Part shown: positions 39,186 to 49,472 of the stretch, one piece after another | Numbering within the stretch: position 1 is the first letter of the stretch | Layout of the letters: every line of letters begins with the position of its first letter | Source of the DNA: Candidatus Latescibacterota bacterium | GTDB lineage: Bacteria > Latescibacterota > UBA2968 > UBA8231 | Direction of reading: 5' to 3' | DNA length: 64,000 nucleotides | Assembly: GCA_964291625.2 (NCBI GenBank) | Contig: OZ220089.1 | Coordinates: forward strand, 2,208,001 to 2,272,000 | The notes under the pieces: generated by a model | What the model saw: only the letters and a program-made list of their open reading frames with translations | Told to the model about the DNA's origin: nothing | Databases searched by the model: none | Made by a program: the position numbers and the translations under genes

Positions 39186-42100
39186 TCAGCGGACCAGGAC
39201 CACGGGCGCCCGGTGATCGACGCGCTCACCGCCGGCCCTCGCCGTCAGCACGTAGAGGTAGGTGCCGTTGGCCAGGGGGCGGCCCACCTCGTCGCGGCCG
39301 TCCCACGACAGCTGGCCGAATCCGGCTCCGAAGGCAACGGGCCCCAGGCGGCGGATGCGGCGCCCGCCGAGAGCGTACAGATCGACGCCGACCTCGGCTC
39401 CCCTCGACAGGAAGAAGGTGAAGGCGGCACCCTCGCCGCGCACCGGGTGGGGGTGCACGAGGACGTTGGTGGCGTGGAGGTCGGGGCCGACCAGGAGATC
39501 GATGCGCGACACGGCGAGCTCTCCCTTGTCGTCCACCAGTCTCGCCTCCACCTGCTGCAGGCCCTCGGCCATCCGGTAGAGGGCGCTCGCTCCGGCGGCG
39601 GTGGTCCACGTCGAATCCGCCGTCACCGGTGAGCCGTCCACGGCGAGCTCGATGCGGCCCGGGCCGTCCGCCTCGACCCACAACGCCCGGGGGCCGAGGG
39701 CGTCCCCGCTCTGCAGCTGGTGGCCCCCCGGCCAGGCCCGGAAGACCAGCCGCGGGCCCGGGGCGATCAGGAGCACGGAATCGTTCCCCGGGTCGGCGTC
39801 CGGGCCCCCATGGAGCACGCGCACCCGGGTGCCCGGCAGCAGCGGCCCCAGGGAGTCGAAGACCGCGGCCACCAGGGCCCCGGCGGGCAGAGCCGGCAGC
39901 GGGCGCTCCCGAAGCGGCTGCCCCGGCCTCCCCTCCAGGCGGAGGGACGCCGGCGGCGACGGCACCTCCCCCCGGTTGCGGACCGCCGCCCGGACCACCC
40001 CCTCGCCGGCCTCGGCGGCGGCCACCTCCAGGTCCGCCAGACCCGTGTAGCTCACCTGCCACTCCGAGAGGCGGGCGCCGGCGGCGGTGTCCACGAGCGC
40101 CGCCAGGCGCAGCCGCCGGAAGCGCTCCGCCTCGAGGCCGGAGAGGTCCACCGAGCCGGGGGCGGCCACCGCCCGTTCGGGGAGATCCGTCCAGCCGCCG
40201 TCCTCCGCGGGAGCCTGGACGCTCACCTGCACGCCGCTCCCCTCCACGGTCAGAGTCCCCCAGGCCGCGGCCGGTCCGATGGGCGGCGACCACAGGCGGG
40301 CCGGCTGCCTGCGGCCGTGGCGCCCGTAGCGGAACAGGGAGGCGCCGGTCTTGTCCAGCGGCTGCCCCGGCCGCACCACGGCGCCGAGATCGGCCAGCCA
40401 GACCTTGTCGTTCACCCAGTCGTACTGGCCGGCGAGGATCCCCGTCTCCTCCTGGTCCGAGGTCCACTCGTCGATGAAGGATCCGTCCACGGCGCTCACG
40501 GCGCGGATGCGGCGGCGGCCGGCGTACTCGATCAGGTAGAGACGCTCGCCGTCGGCCAGGACCCCGTCCGTCCACAGGTAGGTGAAGCCCGTCTCCGTGG
40601 GCGGCGCCACGAACTCGCGCACCAGCCGCCAGCCCGCCTCCGGCTCGAAGACGCGCACCCGCCAGCCGACGCGCATGCCCACGGCGGAGCTCATGGAGAC
40701 GTTGTACACGTAGCGGCCGTCGGAGGTGATCAGGGCGTGGATCACCTGGCCTGGCGCCGGCTCCTCGACGACGCGTCCCGTCTTCCAGTCCACCAGGCCG
40801 TCGGGGACCCGCACCGTGTCGAGCCGGCCCGTGCGCGGGTCGATGCGCTCCAGCTCGAAGGTCTGCCCCGCGTCACAGTAGAGGTAGCCGTCGGAGTGAC
40901 AGGTGGCGGCGATCCCGGCCGAGGTCGAGTCGGGCAGGAACCCGTAGAGCCGGCCGCGCTCGGTGCCGCCGAAGCCGGTGCCGATGCGGGCGAAGAAGTC
41001 GGTACCGGCGTAGCGGGTGGAAGGGTCGTTGAACCACCGCTTGGCGTAGAGGTACTCCCCGTCGGTGGCCACGATCCCGGCGCCGTCGAGCTCGCCGACG
41101 GTGAACCCGTCCTCGCGGGTGGCCGCCGCGGGCCGGAAGGCCGGCCGGCGGGAGGAGACCACCACCGCCTCCCCCTCGGCGGCGAGACCGCCCCCCGACT
41201 CGCCGTGGGCCAGGAGCTGAGGCCCGCGGCTCCTCCACAGGCCGTCCGCGGCTCCGGGGGGCGCCGGCTCCAGCGCGAAGGTCCGCACCGCCGACCACGG
41301 ACCGGGGACGGCATCGTCCACCAGCCGCACCCGCCAATGGAGGGATGACCCCGGCGGCGTCGCGAACCCCTCGAAGGCGTGCTCCGCCAGGCCCTGCCGG
41401 GCGGTGACCAGCGGCGACCACGCCGTGGCCGAGTCGGGGAAACCCGGCTCGGTGGAGAGGGCGAACTCGCAGGCCAGGCCCGCCGACTCGCCCGAGGCGT
41501 CCACCGGCGTCAGCGCGCGCAGCGCCGCGGCGGGGGCCAGGCCGCCGTCGGACGGCGACAGGGGCGCAGCGGCGCGGGCATCGAGGATGCGGAGGGAGAG
41601 GTCGAGGCGGTTGTCGCTCTCGTCGGCTTCCTCCACCTGGTCGTCGGCGTCGACGATCAGGGAGAGGAGGTAGGGACCGCGGCGGTCGCCCACGGCCCAG
41701 TCGAAGCGCAGGCTGTCGCCGCCGGCGAAGGGGCCGCGCCGCTGCACCCAGAGGGTGTCGGGGACCGCTCCCGGCGCCTCTCCGAGGAGGGCGACGGTGA
41801 GGCTGTCGGCGCCGAAGCGGGTGTTGTTGCGGAACCGGCCCGTGACCGTCACCGTGGCGCCGGTGGTCACCCTTCCACCGAGGACGGACAGGTCGGCGGC
41901 GGCGTAGTCGGCGTCCGGCGCCAGGGCCAGCTCCTGGGCCGGATCACCGATGAGCTGCATCGTCTCCACCACGTCGCGGTAGCTGGAGTGGGCCGCCAGG
42001 ACCCGCGCCTTGGCGGCGTCGAGGACGGGACCGAAGCGCAGCCGGCCTTCGGCGAAGAGCTGGCTGTAGAGCTGGTCGCTCAGCAGGCGGTTCTGGGCCG

Positions 42101-44798
42101 TCCGCGACAGGGCGGTGGCCGAGATGAAGGCGATGGCGCCGCCCTCCTCGTGCTCCGTCATCAGCTCGCTCAGGGCCTCCACCGTGGGCAGGGTGAAGAG
42201 CCCGTTGAGGCACGAGAGGGCCATCATCAGCGGCAGGCGGCCGCCGTTGCGCACCTGGTTCAGGTACTCCCAGTCCGGGTACCCCGTGGAGAACAGGTAC
42301 TGCATCGCCCCGGCCGCCCCGTGGCCGGAGAAGTTGACGATCAGGGCGCCGTCGTTGAGGGCGTCGAGGAAGGCCTTGCCCCGGGGGTTCGGCAGGGGCG
42401 CCTCGTCGGGTGCGTAGATGCGCACCGACTGCAGGCCCGCCGGCTCCGTGTAGCGCGCCGCGAGCGAGTCGAGGGGGCCGGAGAACTCGTCCTTGGCGTG
42501 CCAGTTGGCGGCGAAGACCGAGCGGCTGCGCCAGTCCCCCGGCTCGGGGCTGGAGTCGTAGGCGATGATCTTGTCCACCACCCGCTCCGCCTCCTCCGCC
42601 GAGTCGACGGCCAGCCGCCCCACGGAGAGGTCGGCCAGCAGGTCGTCGCCGTCGACCAGGGCGAGGTGGTAGTCGGAGGGCGAGAACCCCCGTTCCCGCG
42701 CCAGGTAGTAGCGGGTGGGCACGAGCGTCCAGTTCGGCTTGCCGGTGTAGATCCCCCGGTAGTCCCAGGTCGCGTCCCCGAGGAGGGTGACGAAGGCCGG
42801 ACGCGGCGCCCAGGCTTCGTAGGCGTGACGGATGAAGTCGGCCACCGCCTCGCGCTGGACGCGGCCGAAGCTGAACTCGTCGTACACGTCCTCGATGGAG
42901 ACGACGGTGACCCGCAGCCCGTGGCCGCGCCGGTGGCCGGCGAGGCGGTGCGCGGCGTCGAGGAACTCCGGGTGGGAGATGATCACGTAGTCGGCGCCGT
43001 GGCTCCCCGAGCGCCAGTCGGAGGGCGTGTCGGGGACGCCCTCCGGCTCCCGCAGGGAGAGGCTGTCGGCGGCCACGTAGAGAGGCGGCGAGGCGGGAGC
43101 GTCCTCGAAGGTCGCCTGGAAAGAGGTGTCGGCGGCGGTGACCGCCGCCCCTGTCAGCAGCGCGTCGTTGGCGGCGTCGAGGAGCAGCACCTCCGGGTGC
43201 CGGAACCCCTCCACGGTGATGCGATGGCCCTCCGGCGCGGCCTCGACCGGCGCCGCCAGGAACCCCGGACCGGCGTCGAACCGGCGGCGGTAGGTGACCC
43301 GGAACCAGTTGAACCAGATCTGGTCGACCTTGATGCGGTCGGCGTACCCCTGCAGCAGTATCCGGTTGCGAGGCTTCAGCCAGCCGGAGGGCACGGAGGC
43401 GTCGATCAGACGCGGCACCTGCCCCACCCAGTAGGCCTCCTCGAGGACCCGCGAGTCGGCGCCGGTCCAGTTGAAGTGCACCACCGTGTGGTGCTCCCCG
43501 AACCCTTCGCCCGTCCGCCCCTGGAGGGCGACCTCCACCCGCGCCTCGTACTCCTCCTCGTCGTACAGGGCCGTAATGTCGCCGGCGAAACTCTGGCTGG
43601 AGGGCGTTTCCGGCTCGGTGGCGGTCAGCGCGTCCTGGGGGGGCTGCCAGAACCAGCGGTCGATGTGCGGGTCGGTGGCGAATCCGAGTTGGTCGAAGCT
43701 GCGGTCGATCTCGTGGTGCGCCGCGTGCAGGTACCACTCCCTCTCCCGGTAGCCGCGCTCCGGCGAGGCGTCCCGCTCTTCGTAGCGCCGGCCGGGCGCC
43801 CCACCCCAGGTGAGCCAGTACGTCTCCTCCGGGCCGTACTCGCTCTCGTGGTCGCGCTCCCGGCCGGCGGTGACCGCGCGCCGGTAGCGGCCGTAGAACA
43901 GCACCTCGTCCCCGGCGTCGAAGGCGTCGTCCTCGCCGCCGCGCACGACCAGGGGGATCTCGGCGCCGGCGTGGAAGAGGCGGAAGGTCCGCGGATCGAT
44001 CGATTCCGCCTCATAGTGAGAAAACGCCTCCCACCCAGGCGTGATGCGGTACACGCCGTCAGCCGGCACCAGGACCTTGATCCAGGGGAGAGCCGGGTCG
44101 TACCAGCCGTTGTCGGAGGCCGGGCGCGCCGCCGGCCGGGGAGCCGCCCAGGAGGAGGGGGGCGGATTGATGAAGGCCCCGCGCAGCAGGTCGCCGTGGG
44201 GGTCGGGGAGAGGCGCGGGTCGGTGGGCCCCCCCGCCGACGAAGGCCACCTCCACCAGAAGCCGGCGGTGCACGCGGGTTCGCCCGGTGACCGGATCGAC
44301 CTGCCACGGGAAGAGCCGCAGCCGGTGGGCGGGTGTGCCGCGCAGCCGCCCGAGAGGCTCCGTATGGGCGAGGGCCGCCACCTGGCGCGGGTCCAGTACC
44401 ACGGCATGGCTGTCCGCGCTCATCGGCTCCACGCCTGAGTACTCCTGGTGCGCCTCGGAGACCACCGACAGCCGCAGGCGGGCGCCGGGCGGGGCCGCCA
44501 CCAGGGCCGCCACGTACGGCAGGTCCACCCCTCCCGGACCGGCCCCCCGGGGCAGCCCCGGCGCGCTGAGGCCCCGGCCTCCCGGGCCGATCCCGTCCTC
44601 CACCTCCAGCACGAGGCGCAGACCCCAGGCGCCGGAATCGACCAGGCGCAGTCCGGCGGCGGAGGGGGAGGCGGCGGCGATGGCGGCCGCCACCGCTCCG
44701 GCGAGGACGAGCAGGGGATGCCCTCGGAGGATCGCGAGAGGACCCGGTCCGGCGGTGGGATCTGGTCGTAAGCGCATGGGAGAGAAGCGAGTCCGCAT
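39186..44798 (-). CDS. Large C25 (gingipain/PorU-like) cysteine peptidase with CARDB-like and C-terminal FlgD/CTD-like domains
   Basis: ADYVIISH, VYDEFSFG, LLGDA, VGRL, NFSGHG (His), LSCLNG (Cys), LIGDP; VEEADESDN; terminal HPHP...WDGRDE.G..LANGTYLY; start could be 44777. Confidence 0.85.
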   Translation of the reverse strand: MRTRFSPMRLRPDPTAGPGPLAILRGHPLLVLAGAVAAAIAAASPSAAGLRLVDSGAWGLRLVLEVEDGIGPGGRGLSAPGLPRGAGPGGVDLPYVAALVAAPPGARLRLSVVSEAHQEYSGVEPMSADSHAVVLDPRQVAALAHTEPLGRLRGTPAHRLRLFPWQVDPVTGRTRVHRRLLVEVAFVGGGAHRPAPLPDPHGDLLRGAFINPPPSSWAAPRPAARPASDNGWYDPALPWIKVLVPADGVYRITPGWEAFSHYEAESIDPRTFRLFHAGAEIPLVVRGGEDDAFDAGDEVLFYGRYRRAVTAGRERDHESEYGPEETYWLTWGGAPGRRYEERDASPERGYREREWYLHAAHHEIDRSFDQLGFATDPHIDRWFWQPPQDALTATEPETPSSQSFAGDITALYDEEEYEARVEVALQGRTGEGFGEHHTVVHFNWTGADSRVLEEAYWVGQVPRLIDASVPSGWLKPRNRILLQGYADRIKVDQIWFNWFRVTYRRRFDAGPGFLAAPVEAAPEGHRITVEGFRHPEVLLLDAANDALLTGAAVTAADTSFQATFEDAPASPPLYVAADSLSLREPEGVPDTPSDWRSGSHGADYVIISHPEFLDAAHRLAGHRRGHGLRVTVVSIEDVYDEFSFGRVQREAVADFIRHAYEAWAPRPAFVTLLGDATWDYRGIYTGKPNWTLVPTRYYLARERGFSPSDYHLALVDGDDLLADLSVGRLAVDSAEEAERVVDKIIAYDSSPEPGDWRSRSVFAANWHAKDEFSGPLDSLAARYTEPAGLQSVRIYAPDEAPLPNPRGKAFLDALNDGALIVNFSGHGAAGAMQYLFSTGYPDWEYLNQVRNGGRLPLMMALSCLNGLFTLPTVEALSELMTEHEEGGAIAFISATALSRTAQNRLLSDQLYSQLFAEGRLRFGPVLDAAKARVLAAHSSYRDVVETMQLIGDPAQELALAPDADYAAADLSVLGGRVTTGATVTVTGRFRNNTRFGADSLTVALLGEAPGAVPDTLWVQRRGPFAGGDSLRFDWAVGDRRGPYLLSLIVDADDQVEEADESDNRLDLSLRILDARAAAPLSPSDGGLAPAAALRALTPVDASGESAGLACEFALSTEPGFPDSATAWSPLVTARQGLAEHAFEGFATPPGSSLHWRVRLVDDAVPGPWSAVRTFALEPAPPGAADGLWRSRGPQLLAHGESGGGLAAEGEAVVVSSRRPAFRPAAATREDGFTVGELDGAGIVATDGEYLYAKRWFNDPSTRYAGTDFFARIGTGFGGTERGRLYGFLPDSTSAGIAATCHSDGYLYCDAGQTFELERIDPRTGRLDTVRVPDGLVDWKTGRVVEEPAPGQVIHALITSDGRYVYNVSMSSAVGMRVGWRVRVFEPEAGWRLVREFVAPPTETGFTYLWTDGVLADGERLYLIEYAGRRRIRAVSAVDGSFIDEWTSDQEETGILAGQYDWVNDKVWLADLGAVVRPGQPLDKTGASLFRYGRHGRRQPARLWSPPIGPAAAWGTLTVEGSGVQVSVQAPAEDGGWTDLPERAVAAPGSVDLSGLEAERFRRLRLAALVDTAAGARLSEWQVSYTGLADLEVAAAEAGEGVVRAAVRNRGEVPSPPASLRLEGRPGQPLRERPLPALPAGALVAAVFDSLGPLLPGTRVRVLHGGPDADPGNDSVLLIAPGPRLVFRAWPGGHQLQSGDALGPRALWVEADGPGRIELAVDGSPVTADSTWTTAAGASALYRMAEGLQQVEARLVDDKGELAVSRIDLLVGPDLHATNVLVHPHPVRGEGAAFTFFLSRGAEVGVDLYALGGRRIRRLGPVAFGAGFGQLSWDGRDEVGRPLANGTYLYVLTARAGGERVDHRAPVVLVR

Positions 44799-44882
44799 GG
44801 CCCAAGGTACGGGCGCCGGGATCGCCGGGCCAAGACGCCGTGGTCCGCCGGCCCGGGGCCCGCTATCGGTGCGAAACCGTCG

Positions 44883-46370
44883 TCAGCGGCCCTCAGTCCC
44901 CTCCCCGAACTGGAAGGCGTAGAGCTTCATCCCCCGCATGACGAAGCGCAGCCGCACCGGCGTGCCGGCGTGTGGGGCGAGGTCGCCGCCGCGCCAGGTC
45001 ACGGCCTTGTGGAGGCTGTTGCCGCGCACCGTATCCGCCTCGGCCAGGCTCAAGCCCGGCAGCGGCCGGCCGTCCTCGCCGAGGACCTCCGCCTGGAGCC
45101 AGCCGCCGGCGCTGCCGTCGCAGTTCACCTCGAGCCGGTCCCCCTCGAAGGTGAGGAGAGGCGTCGTGAAGGTGCCGCCGCCGTAGCCGGCGTCCGCGGA
45201 GACGAAGCCGTCGCGGCGCAGGCTGGCGCGGAAAATGCCGCCGAGCCGCGCCTGGGCCTCCCGGTCCTCGCCCGGCCGGGGGTTGCGATGCAAGCGGGCG
45301 GTGCCGGAGTAGTAGAGCCACAGCTCCTCGCCCACCGGGATCAGCCAGGGGTTGGCGTAGATCATGCCGCTGGTGGAGCTGCCGTCGAAGCCCTGGCGCA
45401 GGAAGGGCTCGCGGTCCCCGGCGCGGCCCCAGCTGATCCCGTCGCGGCTGGTGAGCAACTGCACGTCCAGGGTGGCCGGGAACTGCTTCCGGCCCCAGTG
45501 GTAGTAGACGGCCGGCAGCATCAGGTACACGTCTTCGGCCCACGGGTACTTCATGGCGCAGCTGGTGTAGATGTCGACGCAGGGGCGGCCGGACTCGTTC
45601 TCCGCCGGCAGCGGCATGCCGGTGTCGGCGCCGTCCGCCTCGAAGACGATCTCCAGCGGCGTCCAGTGGCGGAAGTCGGTGGAGGTGACGCGGCCGACGC
45701 TGCGGTACGGCTGACCGACGGCGTCGGCGGCCTCGTCCCGGTGCTGGGTGGCGCTCACCCGGGTGTAGCCGACGTAGCACTGCAGCCGGTCGTCCACGAA
45801 CAGCATGTTCTGCGTGTCGCAGGCCCCCCGGTGATCCGGCTGGCCGTCGTAGCAGCGCCAGCTCAGGCCGTCGGGCGAGTGCATCGCCCACAGGCCGGGC
45901 TCGACGCCGGCGGCGGTCTCGTCGTCGGTGGGCCGGTACTTCGTCCACAGCTTGTAGCGCTCCTCCTCCGGGGCCGCCTCGTCGCGCAGCACGGTCGCCC
46001 CCTGCATCGACTGCCGCTCCAGCAGGGGGGCGACGATGTTGTTGGCCCTCGAGCCCTGGAACTCGATCAGGCCGAGGTCGGGCTTGGTCCAGGTGAGACC
46101 GTCCTCGGACTCGGCGTAGCCCAGCCTCCGGGCGCCCTCGGCGGGACCTCCGCCGAGGACGCAGGCGTCGTACCACAGGCGGAAGCGGCCGTCCGCCTCG
46201 AGCATGGCCGTGTTGTAGGCGCCGATGCCGAAGGACTCCCAGGGCCGGTCGGCCGTCAGCACCGGCTCGGGATGCTGCACGGGCGGGTTCATGCGCAGGT
46301 GCACGCCTTCGGACCGCTCGATGAAGCGCTCGTCGACGAAGAGCTGCCGTCGCGTGCCGACGTTCCACAT
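44883..46370 (-). CDS. Putative beta-propeller glycoside hydrolase-like protein
   Basis: RQLFVD, YAESEDGLTWTKP, SPDGLSW, DTQN, SRDGISW, LRRDGFVS, LYAFQF. Confidence 0.65.
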   Translation of the reverse strand: MWNVGTRRQLFVDERFIERSEGVHLRMNPPVQHPEPVLTADRPWESFGIGAYNTAMLEADGRFRLWYDACVLGGGPAEGARRLGYAESEDGLTWTKPDLGLIEFQGSRANNIVAPLLERQSMQGATVLRDEAAPEEERYKLWTKYRPTDDETAAGVEPGLWAMHSPDGLSWRCYDGQPDHRGACDTQNMLFVDDRLQCYVGYTRVSATQHRDEAADAVGQPYRSVGRVTSTDFRHWTPLEIVFEADGADTGMPLPAENESGRPCVDIYTSCAMKYPWAEDVYLMLPAVYYHWGRKQFPATLDVQLLTSRDGISWGRAGDREPFLRQGFDGSSTSGMIYANPWLIPVGEELWLYYSGTARLHRNPRPGEDREAQARLGGIFRASLRRDGFVSADAGYGGGTFTTPLLTFEGDRLEVNCDGSAGGWLQAEVLGEDGRPLPGLSLAEADTVRGNSLHKAVTWRGGDLAPHAGTPVRLRFVMRGMKLYAFQFGEGTEGR

Positions 46371-46581
46371 GGTTCAGGCTCCTGCCGGGGGGATCACCGC
46401 AAGGGAGAGGGCCAAGGTAGGCGAGGCGAAAAAGAGCGGTCAACCACGCGGCGAGGGGGCGCGGACCCCTGGGCCCGGCGACTGGCGCCGGGTCGATCCC
46501 GGCAAGGGCCGCGCACACACGACCTGCCGGCCACGGGTTATCTTGGAGCGCACCGCAGCACCTGACGCGAGGAGGCAGCGA

Positions 46582-47556
46582 ATGGCCACGGATACCGTCC
46601 TCTACCTGAACCGCCAGGACGTGGAAGCGGTCGACCTCGGGATGCCCGCCATCATCGACGCCCTGGAGGCGATGTTCCTCGAGAAAGGGCAGGGCCGCGT
46701 CGAGATGCCTCCCAAGCCCGGCATCCACACCCGCCCCGACGCCTTCATCCACGCCATGCCGGCCTGGATCCCGAGCTTGGAGGCGGCCGGCGTCAAGTGG
46801 ATCTCCGGTTACCCGGGCAACCAGGCCCGGGGGCTGCCCTACATCAACGGCCTGCTGATCCTCAACGACCCGGAGACCGGCGTCCCCACGGCGATCATGG
46901 ACGCCACCTGGATCACCGCCCAGCGCACGGGCGCCGCCACCGCCGTGGCCGCCCGCCATCTCGCCCGGCCGGAGAGCGAGTCCGCGGGTATCATCGCCTG
47001 CGGCGTGCAGGGGCGCAGCAACCTGGAGGCCCTCTCCTGCCTCTTCGACCTGAAAGCGGTGCGCGCTTTCGACCTCCACCGGGAGGTGGCCGAGGAGTTC
47101 GCCGCCGCCATGTCGGCGAAGCTGGGGCTCGATGTGGAGGTCGTGGACGACCCCCGCCAAGCGGTGACCGGCGCCGACCTGGTGGTCACCAGCGGGCCGA
47201 TCCGCGAGGAGCCCGAGCCGGTGATCGAGGCCGGCTGGCTGGCGGCCGGCGCCTTCGCCTCTCCCGTCGACTTCGACGCCTACTGGACGGGCCCCGCCTT
47301 CGCCGAGGCGGACAGGCTGGCCACCGACGACCTCGGACAGTTCGACTACTACCGGCGGCGGGGCTACTTCCGGGACACGCCCGAGCCGCAGGCCGATCTC
47401 GGCCAGATCGTCGCGGGGCTCAAGCCGGGACGGGAAGGCGAGGACGAGCGCACCATCGCCATCAACCTCGGCATCGCCCTGGAGGACATGGCCACGGCGA
47501 TTCGGGTCTACCACCGCGCCGTCGAGATGGGCATCGGCACCCCCCTGCCGCTGTGA
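46582..47556 (+). CDS. Ornithine cyclodeaminase/mu-crystallin family protein
   Basis: GAGGAGG RBS; AMPA, GVKWIS, ITAQRTGA, CGVQGR, GIALED. Confidence 0.9.
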   Translation: MATDTVLYLNRQDVEAVDLGMPAIIDALEAMFLEKGQGRVEMPPKPGIHTRPDAFIHAMPAWIPSLEAAGVKWISGYPGNQARGLPYINGLLILNDPETGVPTAIMDATWITAQRTGAATAVAARHLARPESESAGIIACGVQGRSNLEALSCLFDLKAVRAFDLHREVAEEFAAAMSAKLGLDVEVVDDPRQAVTGADLVVTSGPIREEPEPVIEAGWLAAGAFASPVDFDAYWTGPAFAEADRLATDDLGQFDYYRRRGYFRDTPEPQADLGQIVAGLKPGREGEDERTIAINLGIALEDMATAIRVYHRAVEMGIGTPLPL

Positions 47557-47578
47557 CCCCCCACCACGAGGAGCCGAC

Positions 47579-48154
47579 ATGATCGACAACCATTTCACCC
47601 GCGGGCCGGAGGGCTGGTGCTCCTACGACTACCACGCCAGCATGATCACCGGCGGCAACGTCTTCATCCTGGCCACCTGGGACCGCACCGGCGGCGTCGA
47701 CGGCGGCGGCTGCGTCTTCTCCGACCACACCCGCTGGAGCGCCGACACGCCCGAGGAGCCCCTCTCCATCCTGCCGCTGCTGCACTACCGCGGCTGGGTC
47801 GACGCCGACCCCGTCGACCTGCGCAACGCCGAGGTCTCGGTATACCTGCGCGGCGACGACCTGAATCTCGACGGGGCCCGCTGCTACTTCTGGGCCCACG
47901 TGACGCGCACCCGCTGGCACCTGACGAGCGCGCCCCTGCGGATCGGCGACGGCGCCTGGACCTCGGAGCCGAACCGCTTCCGGCTGACGCCGGACGAGAG
48001 CCTGTGGCACAACAGCTGGACGGCCGAGCCGGACGGGCCCCGGCGCCTCGAGCCGCTGCTGGCCGAGGCGGAGAGCTACGGGTTCGCCTTCGTGGGGTTC
48101 TCCAGCGAGGTCACCGGGCGGCTGTCGATGTCCCGGTTCTCGATCGAGCGCTGA
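47579..48154 (+). CDS. Hypothetical protein
   Basis: GAGGAG RBS; Trp-rich, beta-rich 191 aa. Confidence 0.7.
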   Translation: MIDNHFTRGPEGWCSYDYHASMITGGNVFILATWDRTGGVDGGGCVFSDHTRWSADTPEEPLSILPLLHYRGWVDADPVDLRNAEVSVYLRGDDLNLDGARCYFWAHVTRTRWHLTSAPLRIGDGAWTSEPNRFRLTPDESLWHNSWTAEPDGPRRLEPLLAEAESYGFAFVGFSSEVTGRLSMSRFSIER

Positions 48155-48158
48155 TCCC

Positions 48159-49472
48159 TCAGGCGTCGAGGGCCCTGTCGACGGCCTCGACGAGGCCGTC
48201 CACGTGCCCGGCCTCCATGGGCACGGAGAGGGCGTTCATCCCCATGGAGTGGCTCAGCAGGCAGCCCTGCAGGAGCACGGAGAGGAAGACGCGGGACCCG
48301 CGCCCCCTGTCGGCGCGCGCCATGTCGCGCCAGGTGCGCAGGGGCGGCTCCAGGAAGTGGATGCTGAAGACGGACCCCATGACCACGGGTTCCGCCGCCA
48401 CGCCGCGGCGCTCGAAGACCTCCCGCAGACCCGCCCCCAGCCGCTCGCCGAGACCGTTGAGGTGCCGGAAAGCCTCGGGCGTGAGCTGCCGCAGGGTGGC
48501 CAGACCCGCCGCCGAGGTCACCGGGTGGGCGCTGAAGGTGCCGCTCTGGCTGAAGCCGGTGGGCGGTCCGGTGTTGTCGAAGCGCTCCATCAGGTCGGCG
48601 CGGCCCCCGAGGGCCCCCACCGGGAAACCGCCGCCCACCATCTTGCCGAAGGTCGTCACGTCCGGATCGATACCGTAGTGGGCCTGCAGGCCGCCGGGGC
48701 CCATGCGGAAGCCGACGATCTCGTCGAACATGAGCAGCATGTCCAGGTCGCGGGTGATCTCGCGGACGAAACGGACGAACTCCGGCCGCTGGGGCAGGAT
48801 GCCGAACTTCGGGTCGAGCAGCACGCAGCCGACCTCGTGGCGGTGGGCCTTCAGCAGGGCCTCGACGGCGGCCTCGTCGTCGTAGGGCAGGATCAGGGCC
48901 TCGGCCAGGGCCCCCGGCGAGATCCCCCCCGTTCCGGGAACGGCCACCGGCGCCGAGGCGGGGCCGGCTTTGTCCAGGGGCGGCGCGACGCTGATCTCCA
49001 CGGCGTCGTGGCTGCCGTGGTATCCGCCCTCGAACTTGGCCACCCGCGGGCGGCCGCTGACGCCGCGCAGCAGGCGCACGGCGTGGAGGGTGGCCTCGGT
49101 GCCGGAGTTGGTGAAGCGGATGCGCTCCACCGAGGCGACGCGGCGGCACATCTCGGCGGCCAGCTCGACCTCGGCCCCGGCCTGCCCCCCGAGCACCGTG
49201 CCACGCTCCAGTTGCTCCTGCACAGCGGCGCGCACGGCGGCGTTGCCGTGGCCGAGGATCTGGGCCGTGTGGTGGTTGTTGAAATCGACGTAGCGGTTGC
49301 CGTCCACGTCGACGAGGTGGCAGCCCTTGCCCCGCTCCATGGAGAGCGGCCAGGGTGGGTGGTAGTAGGCCCCCTTGACGGCGCCCGCCGTCGCGGCCCG
49401 GGCGGCCTCGAAACGCCGGCGCGACTCGGGGGTGGCCTCGCGGTAGCGCTGCTCCAGGTCGCCGCCGCTCAC
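48159..49472 (-). CDS. Class III PLP aminotransferase (glutamate-1-semialdehyde aminomutase-like)
   Basis: DVDGNRYVD, RFTNSGTEA, FEGGYHG, FDEIVGFR, TFGKMVGGGFP, SGTFS; GTGA coupling. Confidence 0.88.
   Translation of the reverse strand: MSGGDLEQRYREATPESRRRFEAARAATAGAVKGAYYHPPWPLSMERGKGCHLVDVDGNRYVDFNNHHTAQILGHGNAAVRAAVQEQLERGTVLGGQAGAEVELAAEMCRRVASVERIRFTNSGTEATLHAVRLLRGVSGRPRVAKFEGGYHGSHDAVEISVAPPLDKAGPASAPVAVPGTGGISPGALAEALILPYDDEAAVEALLKAHRHEVGCVLLDPKFGILPQRPEFVRFVREITRDLDMLLMFDEIVGFRMGPGGLQAHYGIDPDVTTFGKMVGGGFPVGALGGRADLMERFDNTGPPTGFSQSGTFSAHPVTSAAGLATLRQLTPEAFRHLNGLGERLGAGLREVFERRGVAAEPVVMGSVFSIHFLEPPLRTWRDMARADRGRGSRVFLSVLLQGCLLSHSMGMNALSVPMEAGHVDGLVEAVDRALDA

Noticed and set aside
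48159-49472. Calling this gene hemL
   Set aside because: Family motifs are present but there is no tetrapyrrole context, so it is more likely a paralogous aminotransferase
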